From a virus (taxonomy: Duplodnaviria; Caudoviricetes): a stretch of 35,922 nt of DNA. Position numbers and translations under genes: made by a program. The stretch spans positions 1-35,922 of IMG/VR virus record IMGVR_UViG_3300005805_000235. The stretch is one strand, 5' to 3'. Each line of letters begins with the position of its first letter. Position 1 is the first letter of the stretch. Below, piece after piece: positions 10,101-19,029 of the stretch. The notes under the pieces are model-generated. The model did not search any database. It saw only the letters and a program-made list of their open reading frames with translations, and was not told where the DNA came from.

Positions 10101-13100
10101 TTGTATTCTTTCTCTTCTCTTCTGTTTATAAACCTTTTCTTCTTGAGACATTTTTCGTTGTCCCGGAACAGAGCCACCATCAGCTAAATAAACCACTCCA
10201 CCCCTACTAAATCCACCAATCTTACCACCTTTATTAATTTGCTGTAATAATCCTAAATTTTGCTTCGTGGCCTTAGCATTGACCACAAACTCTCCCGGAG
10301 TTAACATAGCAGGAACAGTATCTGTACCCTTTGGTTCAAAATTAACATATCTGCCTTTATTTGCGTATATTAAACCACCATTATGATTATTTCCTGGTTG
10401 AATTGGGTTTTGGCCAGCAGGTGGTTGATTATTATTTTGTTGTTGTGCTGCTAAACTCGTTTTAATATCTGAAGCAACCTGTTTACCAGCATCAGTAACA
10501 TTTGTGTAAAATGTACTAGATGAATCTGTCGTTGCTTTAGCGAGTATTTGCGCAGCGGCTTCCATATCTGCATTAGCTTTTTTAGCAGCGTCTTCTGCTG
10601 CCTTTTCTGCTGGATTTGCCCCAAAAAATTGTGCTCCAAACTCTTTCTGAAGCTCAGGAGGAATACGTAAAATATCAGCAACAAATTTAGTAAATTCCGT
10701 TTTTGCAGAGTCTCTTTCTCCTTCTGGTAGCGTAGATAACCTGGTCTCAAACGCTCTTCTAGCTCCTTGTATATCAAACAACTGACCTCTACCAGATAGA
10801 ACTCTTACTAAAGAACCAACATCATTAGTAAAATTCATTAAAAATTCTGGATCGTTGGCATTGCTGGCAAAATCTAAAAATGCATTTTGTTTATTTTCTC
10901 TTTCTTGTCTTAGTTTTTGTATTTCTGTTAAAGCATTAGAGAACTTAGTGGTTTCAGTAGTAACTTTTTTCAAAGCATTTTCGTATTGATTTATTTGAGC
11001 ATTAAGTCTTCCTAACTCTTTGAAATCATCTTGTGTTCTTTGTGGTTTTAATTCTAGAGCCACTCTTTGTTTTTCTGCTATTTCCAATCTACGTCCAATT
11101 TCTTGTATGTTTGTGGTGCCTGTTCCTTGTATTGGTTTGCCATCAGGACCAATAGTACGGGTAGCTGTTTGAATGGTTGTATCAGAGATAGCATTTTTTT
11201 GTTGTAAAGAAACTCTACGACCAACAGCCTCGTCTAATTGGTTAATTCCTTCAAGTCTAATTTGTTCAACTTTTATTTGAGCATCTGTTGCTTTTTCTGT
11301 TGCTTCAACAAATTGGTTTAATCTATTCACTGTTGTATCTAAAGTATTATTAGCTGTTCTAGTAATATTACTAAAATCTTGCATAGCCTTGTTATTATTT
11401 TGAGAAAATTCTTTTAAAGGTTCAGACTTATCCAAAATTTCACCAAGACTTGTGTCTGATGTGCTAAATTTACTTAAATTCTTAGTAATATCTCCTACAA
11501 TTAACCCTCTAAACTCTTTGTCAACACCAGCTTTTTCTAAAATTGGCTCTAGTTTACTAGCTAAAATATCTTCTCTACCATTGCCGAAAGAACCTTCTTT
11601 TTCCGCTTGTGTAATAGAATTTAATAGTTGTGTTAAATCAGTTTCTAATACTTTTTGAGACAATGCTGCTGAAGTAGCTTTTTGTGTTATGTCTTTATCA
11701 ACACCTAAGCTTTCTGATGTTCTTTGAATTTCTGATTTAATTAATTCATTAGAGAATCCTTTTGGATTACTTAAAACTTCTTCATTGAGTCTACTAACGG
11801 GAGCTATTCTGGCCTGCCCGCTAAATGAAGACCCAGCAACTATATCTATTTGTCTTTGTTTTTCTTGAAATATCGCTGAAGCAGCAGAAACAGCAGATGA
11901 TAGATTTTCAATTCCTCTAAGAAAATCTTTAAAAGACTGATTAACTTTAATTACTGCTTGATTAACATTAGCAAGTTGGTTTGCTGAATTTTTAAAGTCA
12001 TTATTTACTTGGTCCAATAATCCTTTTAAAATATTTCTTAATACTTTAGCTTGTGGACTATCTCTTCCTAATTCCTGCTCTGTAACAGCTAATCTTGCTT
12101 GTGTTTGGGCTATGTCTTGTCCTTTAACGCTAGCTAATCCAATAGCGGTCCTACTAGATTCTCTACTTATGCCACCTTGTTCTAATTGTTTAAATATTGT
12201 TTCAAGATCTAGTTTATCTTGTAATCCTTGATTAATAAAATCTAATATTTTATCAGAACTGTCTTTACCGGCTTCTGCAAATTGTTGTCCTAATTTATTA
12301 AAATCAAAAGCATTAACTAATGTCTCTTTTGTCCCTCCTATATTAAAAGTGGGTGAAGCAGCAGATATTTGATTTTTCTTAATAATTTGTTCAGATGAAA
12401 TATTTTTAGCGAGTGTATTTAAGAAAATATCTCTATTTTGAGCTTTTTGAGTCTGATTATTAGATTTTGTAAATGCTTCAAAAGATCTTTCTATAGTTTG
12501 AGAATTCGCAGATATTTTTTTCTGCTCTTGTTCTATTGTAGATTCTATTACAGCCTTTTTCCACGCAAATAAAGCTGGAACTACTGATACTAAAAGTGTT
12601 CCAAAAGCAGTAACAGGATTACTTAAAAGCCCAAAAGCAGCAGCTAAGCTAAATATTGTAGAAACTGTTGTTCCAACCTCAGAGATAGATCTGCCTGTAG
12701 TACCTCCAATATTTTCTCCAACAGTAGTAGCTAAACCAGCACCAGCAAAAGCAATACCAAAAGCATCTGCTGTTTGACCATAACCACTAATACCAGCTTG
12801 TCTTGCCATTTGTCCTTGATTTGTAAAATCTCTACGACCTGTTCCTCGTGCTGTTCCCTGTCCAGTTCTTGGTAGCCCCATATCAACTGAACTATTAAAT
12901 CTAGAAAAGGTTGTAGCAGTTCTCTCTATTATTCTGTCTAATCCTGTTAAACTTCTGGTTAAGAAAGCCAAGCCACCAACAATGGCAGTGATTTCTGCAA
13001 TTTGAACAGCTCCGACGGAACCTCCTTCTGCAAAGTGTTGGATATTGCCAACAGCACCACCTTTATTAAATCCTTTAATTTTATCAGCATGATTTAGTTT

Positions 13101-16100
13101 ATGAAGATTGGCTGAACCTATTCTGCTTGCGGCCTCTTTATTTATAACGAACTCACCAGGTGTAAGCATTGCTGGCACAGTATCAGAACCAGATGGTCCA
13201 CCAGAAGCAAAATGTTTAATCATACCACCATTAGCTTTAGCTTCCTCAATCACTGAATCAAAAAAACCACCGGCTCTTAATCTTCTTACAGTTTCATCAT
13301 TTTCTCGAAGCCTATCTTCAAAACCTGTTGGTACTATTCCTGCTTTTTTACCATACGTAAAAAAAAGAGGAATTGCTTTTTTACCAGATTGTTTCCCTGT
13401 ACTGAATAATATGTTATTAATTTCTTCTGCTGTTTGACTGTTTCTCGCACGAGACGCTAAGTTTCTTAATTCTGATGCTGTAAAAGTTTCTGTGGGTAAT
13501 TTATATAATCCTTTAGCTTCTGCTGCTAAAAATCTTTCTATTTGCCCAATCATACGTCCAGGACCTTTACCACCAGACCCTACAGTTCTTGTAGCATCAG
13601 TTGGTATATTGCCTTCAATATTGAATAATGACGATACTCCACCTAAACCGAACGGAAAATCCATAGATTTAGTTGATTGTTTTTTTTCAAAATATGGGGC
13701 TCCTATCATATTAAGAGCACCTTCAAATACTGATCCTACTACTTGTTGAAAACCAGAATTATTAACAATTTTATCTATAGATTCAGAAGATTGTGGTTTA
13801 ACTTCGCTTTTTAATAATGATCCAAGCTTTCTGGCTGTTTTTCTAATTGAAAGATTAAATAATTTCTTAATATCATTATCAATACTTTGAGCAAATCCAG
13901 TTTTATCTTTAGTCTCTTGTTCTTCTAGCGTACCAACTTGAATCTTGACAGGAAGAGGGCTCATGCCTTTAGGTTTAGCAACCAACGTCTGATTAAAATA
14001 AGAACCCTGTCCAGAACCACCCTTAATACCCACCAAACCAAATGTCCTAATAGCTGCGCCACTATTTAATGCTTTATTAACCTCTTTTTGATTCGCATAA
14101 GAAGGAACTTTGGAGCGTTTTTGTTTTTTAACAAATTCACCAGCCATAAATTTTTGAACCATACCACCATCAGCAAACTCTTTAGACTCCGGTATTGCTT
14201 GTCTCATAGACCATGCAAAATGAGATGCTCGTCCAGCATTTGCTGGAGAACCTCCCTCAATATACTGATCAATATCTTGTAATGCTGTGCTAGTTTTCTT
14301 AATTTGGTCTTGAAGACTTTTAATAGTTTTGGGATCTTTTTTTATTTTTGATTGTTGTTCTATTAATTGTTTTTCTAAAGACGCTCTAAAGCTTTCAAGT
14401 TGATTTTTAGCCTGTGGAAATCTATCTAATAGACTTTTAGGACTTGTAAATATTTCTTGTTTTGCTTGTGCTTCAAATTGTTTTAAAAATCCTCCCTTAA
14501 TACCAGTATCAATCCCCATAACTCTTGCAAACTCAGGGTCAGCAGCTAAGTATGCTGGGGTTTTCATAGAAAACTCACCATCTGGCCCTTTTTTACCTCT
14601 TAATTCTTCTGGCGGTCTTGGTCCTCTTTGTAATCCGGCAGCACTAAATGTTAAGGCTCCTTGTGTTTTTTTAAGCTGTCCTGCTTTGCGTCTTTTAGCT
14701 TTTGCTAATGCTACATTAACTACTTTATCTACTACAAGACCAGGACTACCTTTTGGTAAATCTTCTCGTAATCCAGTACCAGAGACTAAACGTCCTTCTT
14801 TTTCTATTTGTTCAAGTAGTTCTGGCGGAATCTGTTTAGATATTGCTACTGCTTTTTGTGTAGTAAAGGATATTTTTCTTCTACCTCCTTTTCTAGACCT
14901 AGGCATTAGAAAGTCTCTAGTAAGTTCTTTAAGTGCTGCTAAAGTTGAGCCTTCTACATATTCTCCATTTATTAATTTTTGCACACCTCCGCCACCAGCA
15001 AATTTTTGAACCAAACCTCCACTATTAAAATATTGAGGAACCGCGCCACCTCCATTTCTATTTAAAGCTGCTAATTTATCCACACCAATAGATTCTACTG
15101 CTTTTTTACGAATTACAAATTCTCCAGGAGTTAACATTGCTGGAACAGTATCTCTATTGCCGCTTCCTGGAACCATACCACCACTTGCAAAACGTCTTTG
15201 TCTACCAATACCTCCAGTAAAGCCTCTAGCAAATTGTCCTATAGCTGGAATTGCTCGTATAGCTGCTATCGCTGTTAAAGCTGGTAAAACTTCTTTAGCG
15301 GATGATGCTACCGATATAAGAGCGCTGGCAAGACTTAATGAAACATCAACAAACTTTTGAAAACTTTGTGTTTGTCCAATGTCTCTAATTAAAGCAACAA
15401 ATTCTTCTCTTACTTTATTAATTCTAATAGCTAAGGCCTCTTGTGCTTTGGCAGAATCTGCTGTAAGAGATCCTGCCCCTCTTTGTGCTACTCCTAATGC
15501 TTGTTGTGCTGTGGCGAACTGTTGAATTAATGGAATAACTTTACCAATTTGACGGAAACCACCCAATTCTTCCACGATCTGACTAAATCTTAAGTCTCTA
15601 GGATCTAAACTTGCTAATCCTTCACTAAGTCTTTTTATAGCCTCAAATGGTCCTACGAACTTACCTTCTAAATCTGTTAAAACAATTCCAACATCTTTTA
15701 AGGATTGTATTGTTCCTCCTCTTTGAATACGAGTAAAGATGGTTCTCAAACCGGTAGCAATAGTTTCGGCACTTTCACGAGTAGTAGCACGAACACTGGT
15801 AAATACAGCAATAAATTCATTTAAGGCTTGTGTACCTTCGCTAACCCCTTTGCTAGCTGTAGCAAACACACCACCAGTACGCTGAATAGCAGTAATAATA
15901 TCTCCAGCTTCTACAGCAAACTTAGCAGCAACAGCATTGATAGAACCTAATGCTCCTTCTAGTTCTCCTGCACTAATTCCGAACTGTCTCATTAATGCAA
16001 TACTACCTTCTACGGTATCATTTAAACTATCAAAAGACGGAGCAAGCGCTGATTTTGCTAGAGCTTCTAGTGCTGTTTTAGTTTGTGTGGCTGATAAGCC

Positions 16101-16718
16101 AGCTTGAGCCAATGTTGTAGAAACATTTAATAGTTCAGATGAACTAACACCAAGACCAGTAGATAATCTTGTTATTTCATCAGCTAGTCCAGATAATCCC
16201 GATGCTGAAGAATTGGTAACTTGTTGTAGTCTTACAAACTCTCTATTAAAATTAACAAATTCTGAATAAGCTGACGATATAGCTCTAACTAGAGTATAAA
16301 TACCTCCAGTGGCCACACTAAACGCAGCAAATCTACGAATAGCCAATGCTGATTGTCTACCAAATTGTTCCATTTCGGAAGCCGCATCTCCTAATCCTGT
16401 AGCAGCACCTCTAGTTTGTGTATTAAGTCTATTAAATGCATTATTAATATTACCAGCAGCAGAACCAACATTATTAATATTTCCAACTAATGTAGATAAA
16501 GTAGATGATAAAGCAGCCGCATTATTTTGAGCATCTCTTAGAGCCGCACTAAGATTTCTTACATTGCTAGTAACAGCTTGAATACCCCTAGATGTATTAG
16601 GATTAATATTTAAATCAAGAGTGACTGTAGATAATTGTCTACGTATATTAGACACAACCTGATTTAAATTTGATGGACCTCTAAGATTTAGTTCAGCTGT
16701 TAAATTAAATGCTGCCAT
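7119..16718 (-). CDS. Tail tape measure protein (3199 aa), multi-domain
   Basis: N-terminal TMP core (LAQAGLS...TALEALAK...ETIATGLRTIFTRI), long Ala/Gln/Lys helical stretches, hydrophobic Gly/Ala segments, four DTVPAMLTPGEFV motifs and many FAxGG motifs. Follows the tail tube and chaperone genes. Confidence 0.92.
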   Translation of the reverse strand: MAAFNLTAELNLRGPSNLNQVVSNIRRQLSTVTLDLNINPNTSRGIQAVTSNVRNLSAALRDAQNNAAALSSTLSTLVGNINNVGSAAGNINNAFNRLNTQTRGAATGLGDAASEMEQFGRQSALAIRRFAAFSVATGGIYTLVRAISSAYSEFVNFNREFVRLQQVTNSSASGLSGLADEITRLSTGLGVSSSELLNVSTTLAQAGLSATQTKTALEALAKSALAPSFDSLNDTVEGSIALMRQFGISAGELEGALGSINAVAAKFAVEAGDIITAIQRTGGVFATASKGVSEGTQALNEFIAVFTSVRATTRESAETIATGLRTIFTRIQRGGTIQSLKDVGIVLTDLEGKFVGPFEAIKRLSEGLASLDPRDLRFSQIVEELGGFRQIGKVIPLIQQFATAQQALGVAQRGAGSLTADSAKAQEALAIRINKVREEFVALIRDIGQTQSFQKFVDVSLSLASALISVASSAKEVLPALTAIAAIRAIPAIGQFARGFTGGIGRQRRFASGGMVPGSGNRDTVPAMLTPGEFVIRKKAVESIGVDKLAALNRNGGGAVPQYFNSGGLVQKFAGGGGVQKLINGEYVEGSTLAALKELTRDFLMPRSRKGGRRKISFTTQKAVAISKQIPPELLEQIEKEGRLVSGTGLREDLPKGSPGLVVDKVVNVALAKAKRRKAGQLKKTQGALTFSAAGLQRGPRPPEELRGKKGPDGEFSMKTPAYLAADPEFARVMGIDTGIKGGFLKQFEAQAKQEIFTSPKSLLDRFPQAKNQLESFRASLEKQLIEQQSKIKKDPKTIKSLQDQIKKTSTALQDIDQYIEGGSPANAGRASHFAWSMRQAIPESKEFADGGMVQKFMAGEFVKKQKRSKVPSYANQKEVNKALNSGAAIRTFGLVGIKGGSGQGSYFNQTLVAKPKGMSPLPVKIQVGTLEEQETKDKTGFAQSIDNDIKKLFNLSIRKTARKLGSLLKSEVKPQSSESIDKIVNNSGFQQVVGSVFEGALNMIGAPYFEKKQSTKSMDFPFGLGGVSSLFNIEGNIPTDATRTVGSGGKGPGRMIGQIERFLAAEAKGLYKLPTETFTASELRNLASRARNSQTAEEINNILFSTGKQSGKKAIPLFFTYGKKAGIVPTGFEDRLRENDETVRRLRAGGFFDSVIEEAKANGGMIKHFASGGPSGSDTVPAMLTPGEFVINKEAASRIGSANLHKLNHADKIKGFNKGGAVGNIQHFAEGGSVGAVQIAEITAIVGGLAFLTRSLTGLDRIIERTATTFSRFNSSVDMGLPRTGQGTARGTGRRDFTNQGQMARQAGISGYGQTADAFGIAFAGAGLATTVGENIGGTTGRSISEVGTTVSTIFSLAAAFGLLSNPVTAFGTLLVSVVPALFAWKKAVIESTIEQEQKKISANSQTIERSFEAFTKSNNQTQKAQNRDIFLNTLAKNISSEQIIKKNQISAASPTFNIGGTKETLVNAFDFNKLGQQFAEAGKDSSDKILDFINQGLQDKLDLETIFKQLEQGGISRESSRTAIGLASVKGQDIAQTQARLAVTEQELGRDSPQAKVLRNILKGLLDQVNNDFKNSANQLANVNQAVIKVNQSFKDFLRGIENLSSAVSAASAIFQEKQRQIDIVAGSSFSGQARIAPVSRLNEEVLSNPKGFSNELIKSEIQRTSESLGVDKDITQKATSAALSQKVLETDLTQLLNSITQAEKEGSFGNGREDILASKLEPILEKAGVDKEFRGLIVGDITKNLSKFSTSDTSLGEILDKSEPLKEFSQNNNKAMQDFSNITRTANNTLDTTVNRLNQFVEATEKATDAQIKVEQIRLEGINQLDEAVGRRVSLQQKNAISDTTIQTATRTIGPDGKPIQGTGTTNIQEIGRRLEIAEKQRVALELKPQRTQDDFKELGRLNAQINQYENALKKVTTETTKFSNALTEIQKLRQERENKQNAFLDFASNANDPEFLMNFTNDVGSLVRVLSGRGQLFDIQGARRAFETRLSTLPEGERDSAKTEFTKFVADILRIPPELQKEFGAQFFGANPAEKAAEDAAKKANADMEAAAQILAKATTDSSSTFYTNVTDAGKQVASDIKTSLAAQQQNNNQPPAGQNPIQPGNNHNGGLIYANKGRYVNFEPKGTDTVPAMLTPGEFVVNAKATKQNLGLLQQINKGGKIGGFSRGGVVYLADGGSVPGQRKMSQEEKVYKQKRRERIQQRNSQMANSDRNRAAQRNLPQQPIEETPTDPTQDSSLPEDSPSMILLRQAQAQDAAAEANKIALEEKYAEEQRLRDKKFQTEIDNIPSRLQAEKDKKIAEAKARSDARVAELAAREAEQDNKAQSLGYKDRFDMDRANREKRKQDKLKMEADQQESIANGIASLILIDPITRQILNERDPSDIQAELDRLNEIKQKRIKEIGSEELLQRADPQLLARIRELETTKRGTEIAISQDQILRAKEIEDTNKEYQELDKSAKSGKLRPQDAQRYARLSLVRGVKPKEIAGGRTLEAERELRDEGIGEENRRKLEKKELKKFKEELKKEKQTSFYDKVTGELAARAGVGAEKLTGSKAVGVAAQFGVGLLGGVADPTNFASPAGLSYTAGFLADTAAGVGGVAAGLATGDQELTNQAFAQAAFTVGLGAASRGLSSIRGRKLTTSAKPLTADEAAVAKGLTRAADTANRGIEGFGNKLTDFAEAGINAAATNKPLLPQLKVPQRLTDALEARRIARETRRGQGALTKQALAEAEEKALAAEGLRRAEAIDAEMATRQANVSASVTRGQESATRMRAMGLEPISFSDEAATSAVEASTTIATRARSSAADAAAKGSGTTTSSIALSTEERQLAEEALRNFTSGGTQRGTTRTRSSFANPVEPFTPQPATQTISQTARSSSATEKIIQEAKNSSVEIAQKETSPISLTSKEQNVLAQIKEQELNRKVARLQDLIRSGNPVGSDRDIYEILMKDPEVVKRAGTMLRRPISRANGGIIYASQGSLIPYQPHGTDTVPAMLTPGEFVINKAATQRNLPLLKAINNNQVQGYSKGGQVNYLQNGGTASGGQSGGSSSFVLDSSAFTAAVADFNRSVGSLSSLTQGLSQLANLSTALGGINTAAATLSTASSLLNGAAGNLASPISAFTAALNSVSSVLTKVPSEIKLVASGSIPVLVTVEVNGGEGLEQNLQPFADEIYNKVADGIRRATNGNLNIEVLSTRGQ

Positions 16719-16731
16719 TATTTATCCTTGT

Positions 16732-16774
16732 AAATAAAGAAAGCACCATAGTATTGAATAATACCATGATGCTT
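16732..16774 (-). terminator. 15-bp hairpin plus U-rich tail between the tail chaperone and tape measure genes (terminator/attenuator or RNase site)
   Basis: Minus strand AAGCATCATGGTATT-ATTC-AATACTATGGTGCTT then TCTTTATTT. It pairs fully only on the minus strand, using two G-U wobbles. Confidence 0.6.
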
Positions 16775-16801
16775 CCTTTGAAGTAGTAATTATTGCAGAT
16801 A

Positions 16802-17665
16802 TTAAGCTTTTTCAACCTCATTTGTAGATTTAACTGGTTCAACATTTGTTGTTACTTCCTTAGTTTCCTCTAAAATTACAGGATTACCATCATCATCTAT
16901 AAAGGGCTTAAAATCTTCTACATAATCTCCATTAATGTCAACAAGATTACCATTCTTATCAACATACTCACCTTTACTATTTATAAAACGACCAGTTTCG
17001 TCAATTAGTCTTCCTTCACTATCAACTAGATGGCCATCTTTATTCACCAAGCGTAATTTATCATCAACAAATTTATATTTAATCAAAAATTTATTTTCTG
17101 GCAACTTCTTTTCATAATCATTATCTAAACCATATAGCATATTCGCCAATACTTGGGCTGCTCTTATAGCCACAGGCTCAGAAGCTCTACCCAAATAGTC
17201 TGCATAATCTTTAAAATATTTCTTTTCTTTATTATCTGAATACACCAAACAACAAGATATCAAATAGTTAAATCTAGCATTATCAGCTTGACCTTCTGCT
17301 GTGTGATTGTCCAAATTGGTTCTTACAGAGATTAGATCTCTAAGATCGTCTCGTAATTCTCTAATTTGAACGGCCAAATCTTTAGCTGTTTTTAAACTAA
17401 TACCACCTTTTGCTAGTGATTTTTCATGATCAGAAATTTGTTGCTGAATATTGTTCATTTTGGCCTGTTTGGAATCATCCCACAAACCTTGTTCTTTTAA
17501 CAGATCGTCTAGTCTCGCTCTAACAATGCATCCCGACTTAACAGCATCAGAGAAAGCTTGATTATAAACTTTCTGAGCTTCTCTCTGATCATTTAAAGAT
17601 GGTGATTTTAATGTAAACTTTTCTTCTTTGTCCTTGATTGTGATTGTAAATGAATCTATACTCAT
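16802..17665 (-). CDS. Putative tail assembly chaperone (287 aa) with C-terminal (V/I)DxxGx(L/Y/F) heptad repeats
   Basis: Directly upstream of the tape measure; helical N-terminal part; repeats VNKDGHL VDSEGRL IDETGRF INSKGEY VDKNGNL VDINGDY. Confidence 0.55.
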   Translation of the reverse strand: MSIDSFTITIKDKEEKFTLKSPSLNDQREAQKVYNQAFSDAVKSGCIVRARLDDLLKEQGLWDDSKQAKMNNIQQQISDHEKSLAKGGISLKTAKDLAVQIRELRDDLRDLISVRTNLDNHTAEGQADNARFNYLISCCLVYSDNKEKKYFKDYADYLGRASEPVAIRAAQVLANMLYGLDNDYEKKLPENKFLIKYKFVDDKLRLVNKDGHLVDSEGRLIDETGRFINSKGEYVDKNGNLVDINGDYVEDFKPFIDDDGNPVILEETKEVTTNVEPVKSTNEVEKA

Positions 17666-17982
17666 TTTCGGTCCTTTCTGTTATCTGTATAATTAGGGTC
17701 TATAAATGTTATCTTATATTTTGCATTTGGGTCATTTTGTTCTAAGTATTCCATAATTTCATCAATAGCATCTCTCATTTGATTATTGCCATGATTAAGT
17801 ATAGATGTTCTTGTGTATTCCCACAAATCTAAAAATTCTTTTTGTTTATCTGTTAATGGTTTATCAGAATTATGTCCCCATAAGTAACCAAAGTTATCCT
17901 CAATCCTTGCTAATGATCCTATCATACTTGTTTGAAATCTTTTGGATACTTGATGTATAATACTTTTAGTAGATTTTTTCAT
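17662..17982 (-). CDS. Hypothetical tail-region protein (106 aa)
   Basis: ATGA overlap with the next gene; AGGA RBS-like sequence upstream; no recognisable motif. Confidence 0.7.
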   Translation of the reverse strand: MKKSTKSIIHQVSKRFQTSMIGSLARIEDNFGYLWGHNSDKPLTDKQKEFLDLWEYTRTSILNHGNNQMRDAIDEIMEYLEQNDPNAKYKITFIDPNYTDNRKDRK

Positions 17983-17995
17983 ATTCCTAATCCTA

Positions 17996-19027
17996 TTACT
18001 TCTTAAATTGTTTCTTTATCTTCTCTAACTCTATCTGGTTCTGTCTTTTAACCGCTGGCAAATCATTCCAGTTTGTATTTTCATTTTTCTTTGCATGTTC
18101 CAAAATTTCAGATTTGAACTGTTTTTCTTCTGGTCCATTAAGTTCATTGATCGCTTTAATTTCTTCCTCGTTATTAGTAAACACGAAAACGTGTCCTGCT
18201 CCATCCTTTATATTACCCCCAACCTTCTCTAAAATAGCATTTTTCTTCTTTTCTTTTTCTGCTTTTCTATTTTGATGTATATACCAGCCATCCAAAGCAT
18301 AGTCATCATTTATTATATCCTCTGAAGGACACTCTGGGTGTTGTCTTACATTATTATACATATTATGAAAATTTATTAAATGTTTATAATCATCATCGGT
18401 ATTAAGAATATCTCTTTGTACATTACATGATGATGAGTATGATTTCCAAACTGATGATTTTACTAATTCTCTCATTTGTTTCGCTGTAATAATATATTCT
18501 AATATTTCTTTAATAAAGTTTTGTAATATAATATAATTAGTTTCTTCATTAGTATTAAATACTAAATTATTATTTTTATCATAAAGAGTATTCATTATAA
18601 TAAATTCATTTTTAATAGAGATTGCATGATCTTCGATACTTAAATAATTAAAACTATTTTTTCTACTATTTAATTGAGATAATGCGTTTTCTAAATATTT
18701 AATATTTTTATAAAAAAGTTCTTTTTTCCTAGAATTACTAAAGTTTAAATATAAATCAACTTTAGTATCATCAACTTGCTGCTCTAGATTCTTAATTTTT
18801 TGATCATCATTAGGACTCCACACCCCATTATTTATTAAATAAATTTTAATTTCTTCATTAGTTAATAATCTTTTATCAAACTTATTTTCTTCAATAATAT
18901 TATCATATAAAGTTTCAGCATCATATTTTAATTTAAAATCAGGAACAACAACTTTATAAGTTTCTTCATTAATCTTTAAAAAATAATAACCTAATATTAT
19001 TCTATATAATAATTTTTCTAAATTCAT
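17996..19027 (-). CDS. Putative tail assembly chaperone-like protein (343 aa), paralog of 16802..17665
   Basis: LINNGVWSPNDDQKIKNLEQQVDD aligns by eye with LKEQGLWDDSKQAKMNNIQQQISD; lies between the tube genes and the TMP. Confidence 0.5.
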   Translation of the reverse strand: MNLEKLLYRIILGYYFLKINEETYKVVVPDFKLKYDAETLYDNIIEENKFDKRLLTNEEIKIYLINNGVWSPNDDQKIKNLEQQVDDTKVDLYLNFSNSRKKELFYKNIKYLENALSQLNSRKNSFNYLSIEDHAISIKNEFIIMNTLYDKNNNLVFNTNEETNYIILQNFIKEILEYIITAKQMRELVKSSVWKSYSSSCNVQRDILNTDDDYKHLINFHNMYNNVRQHPECPSEDIINDDYALDGWYIHQNRKAEKEKKKNAILEKVGGNIKDGAGHVFVFTNNEEEIKAINELNGPEEKQFKSEILEHAKKNENTNWNDLPAVKRQNQIELEKIKKQFKK

Positions 19028-19029
19028 AC

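Noticed and set aside
8104-16530. Many plus-strand ORFs opposite the tape measure and other structural genes, and 10451..10777(-)
   Set aside because: Shadow frames produced by codon bias of the real minus-strand genes; no RBS or recognisable motifs.
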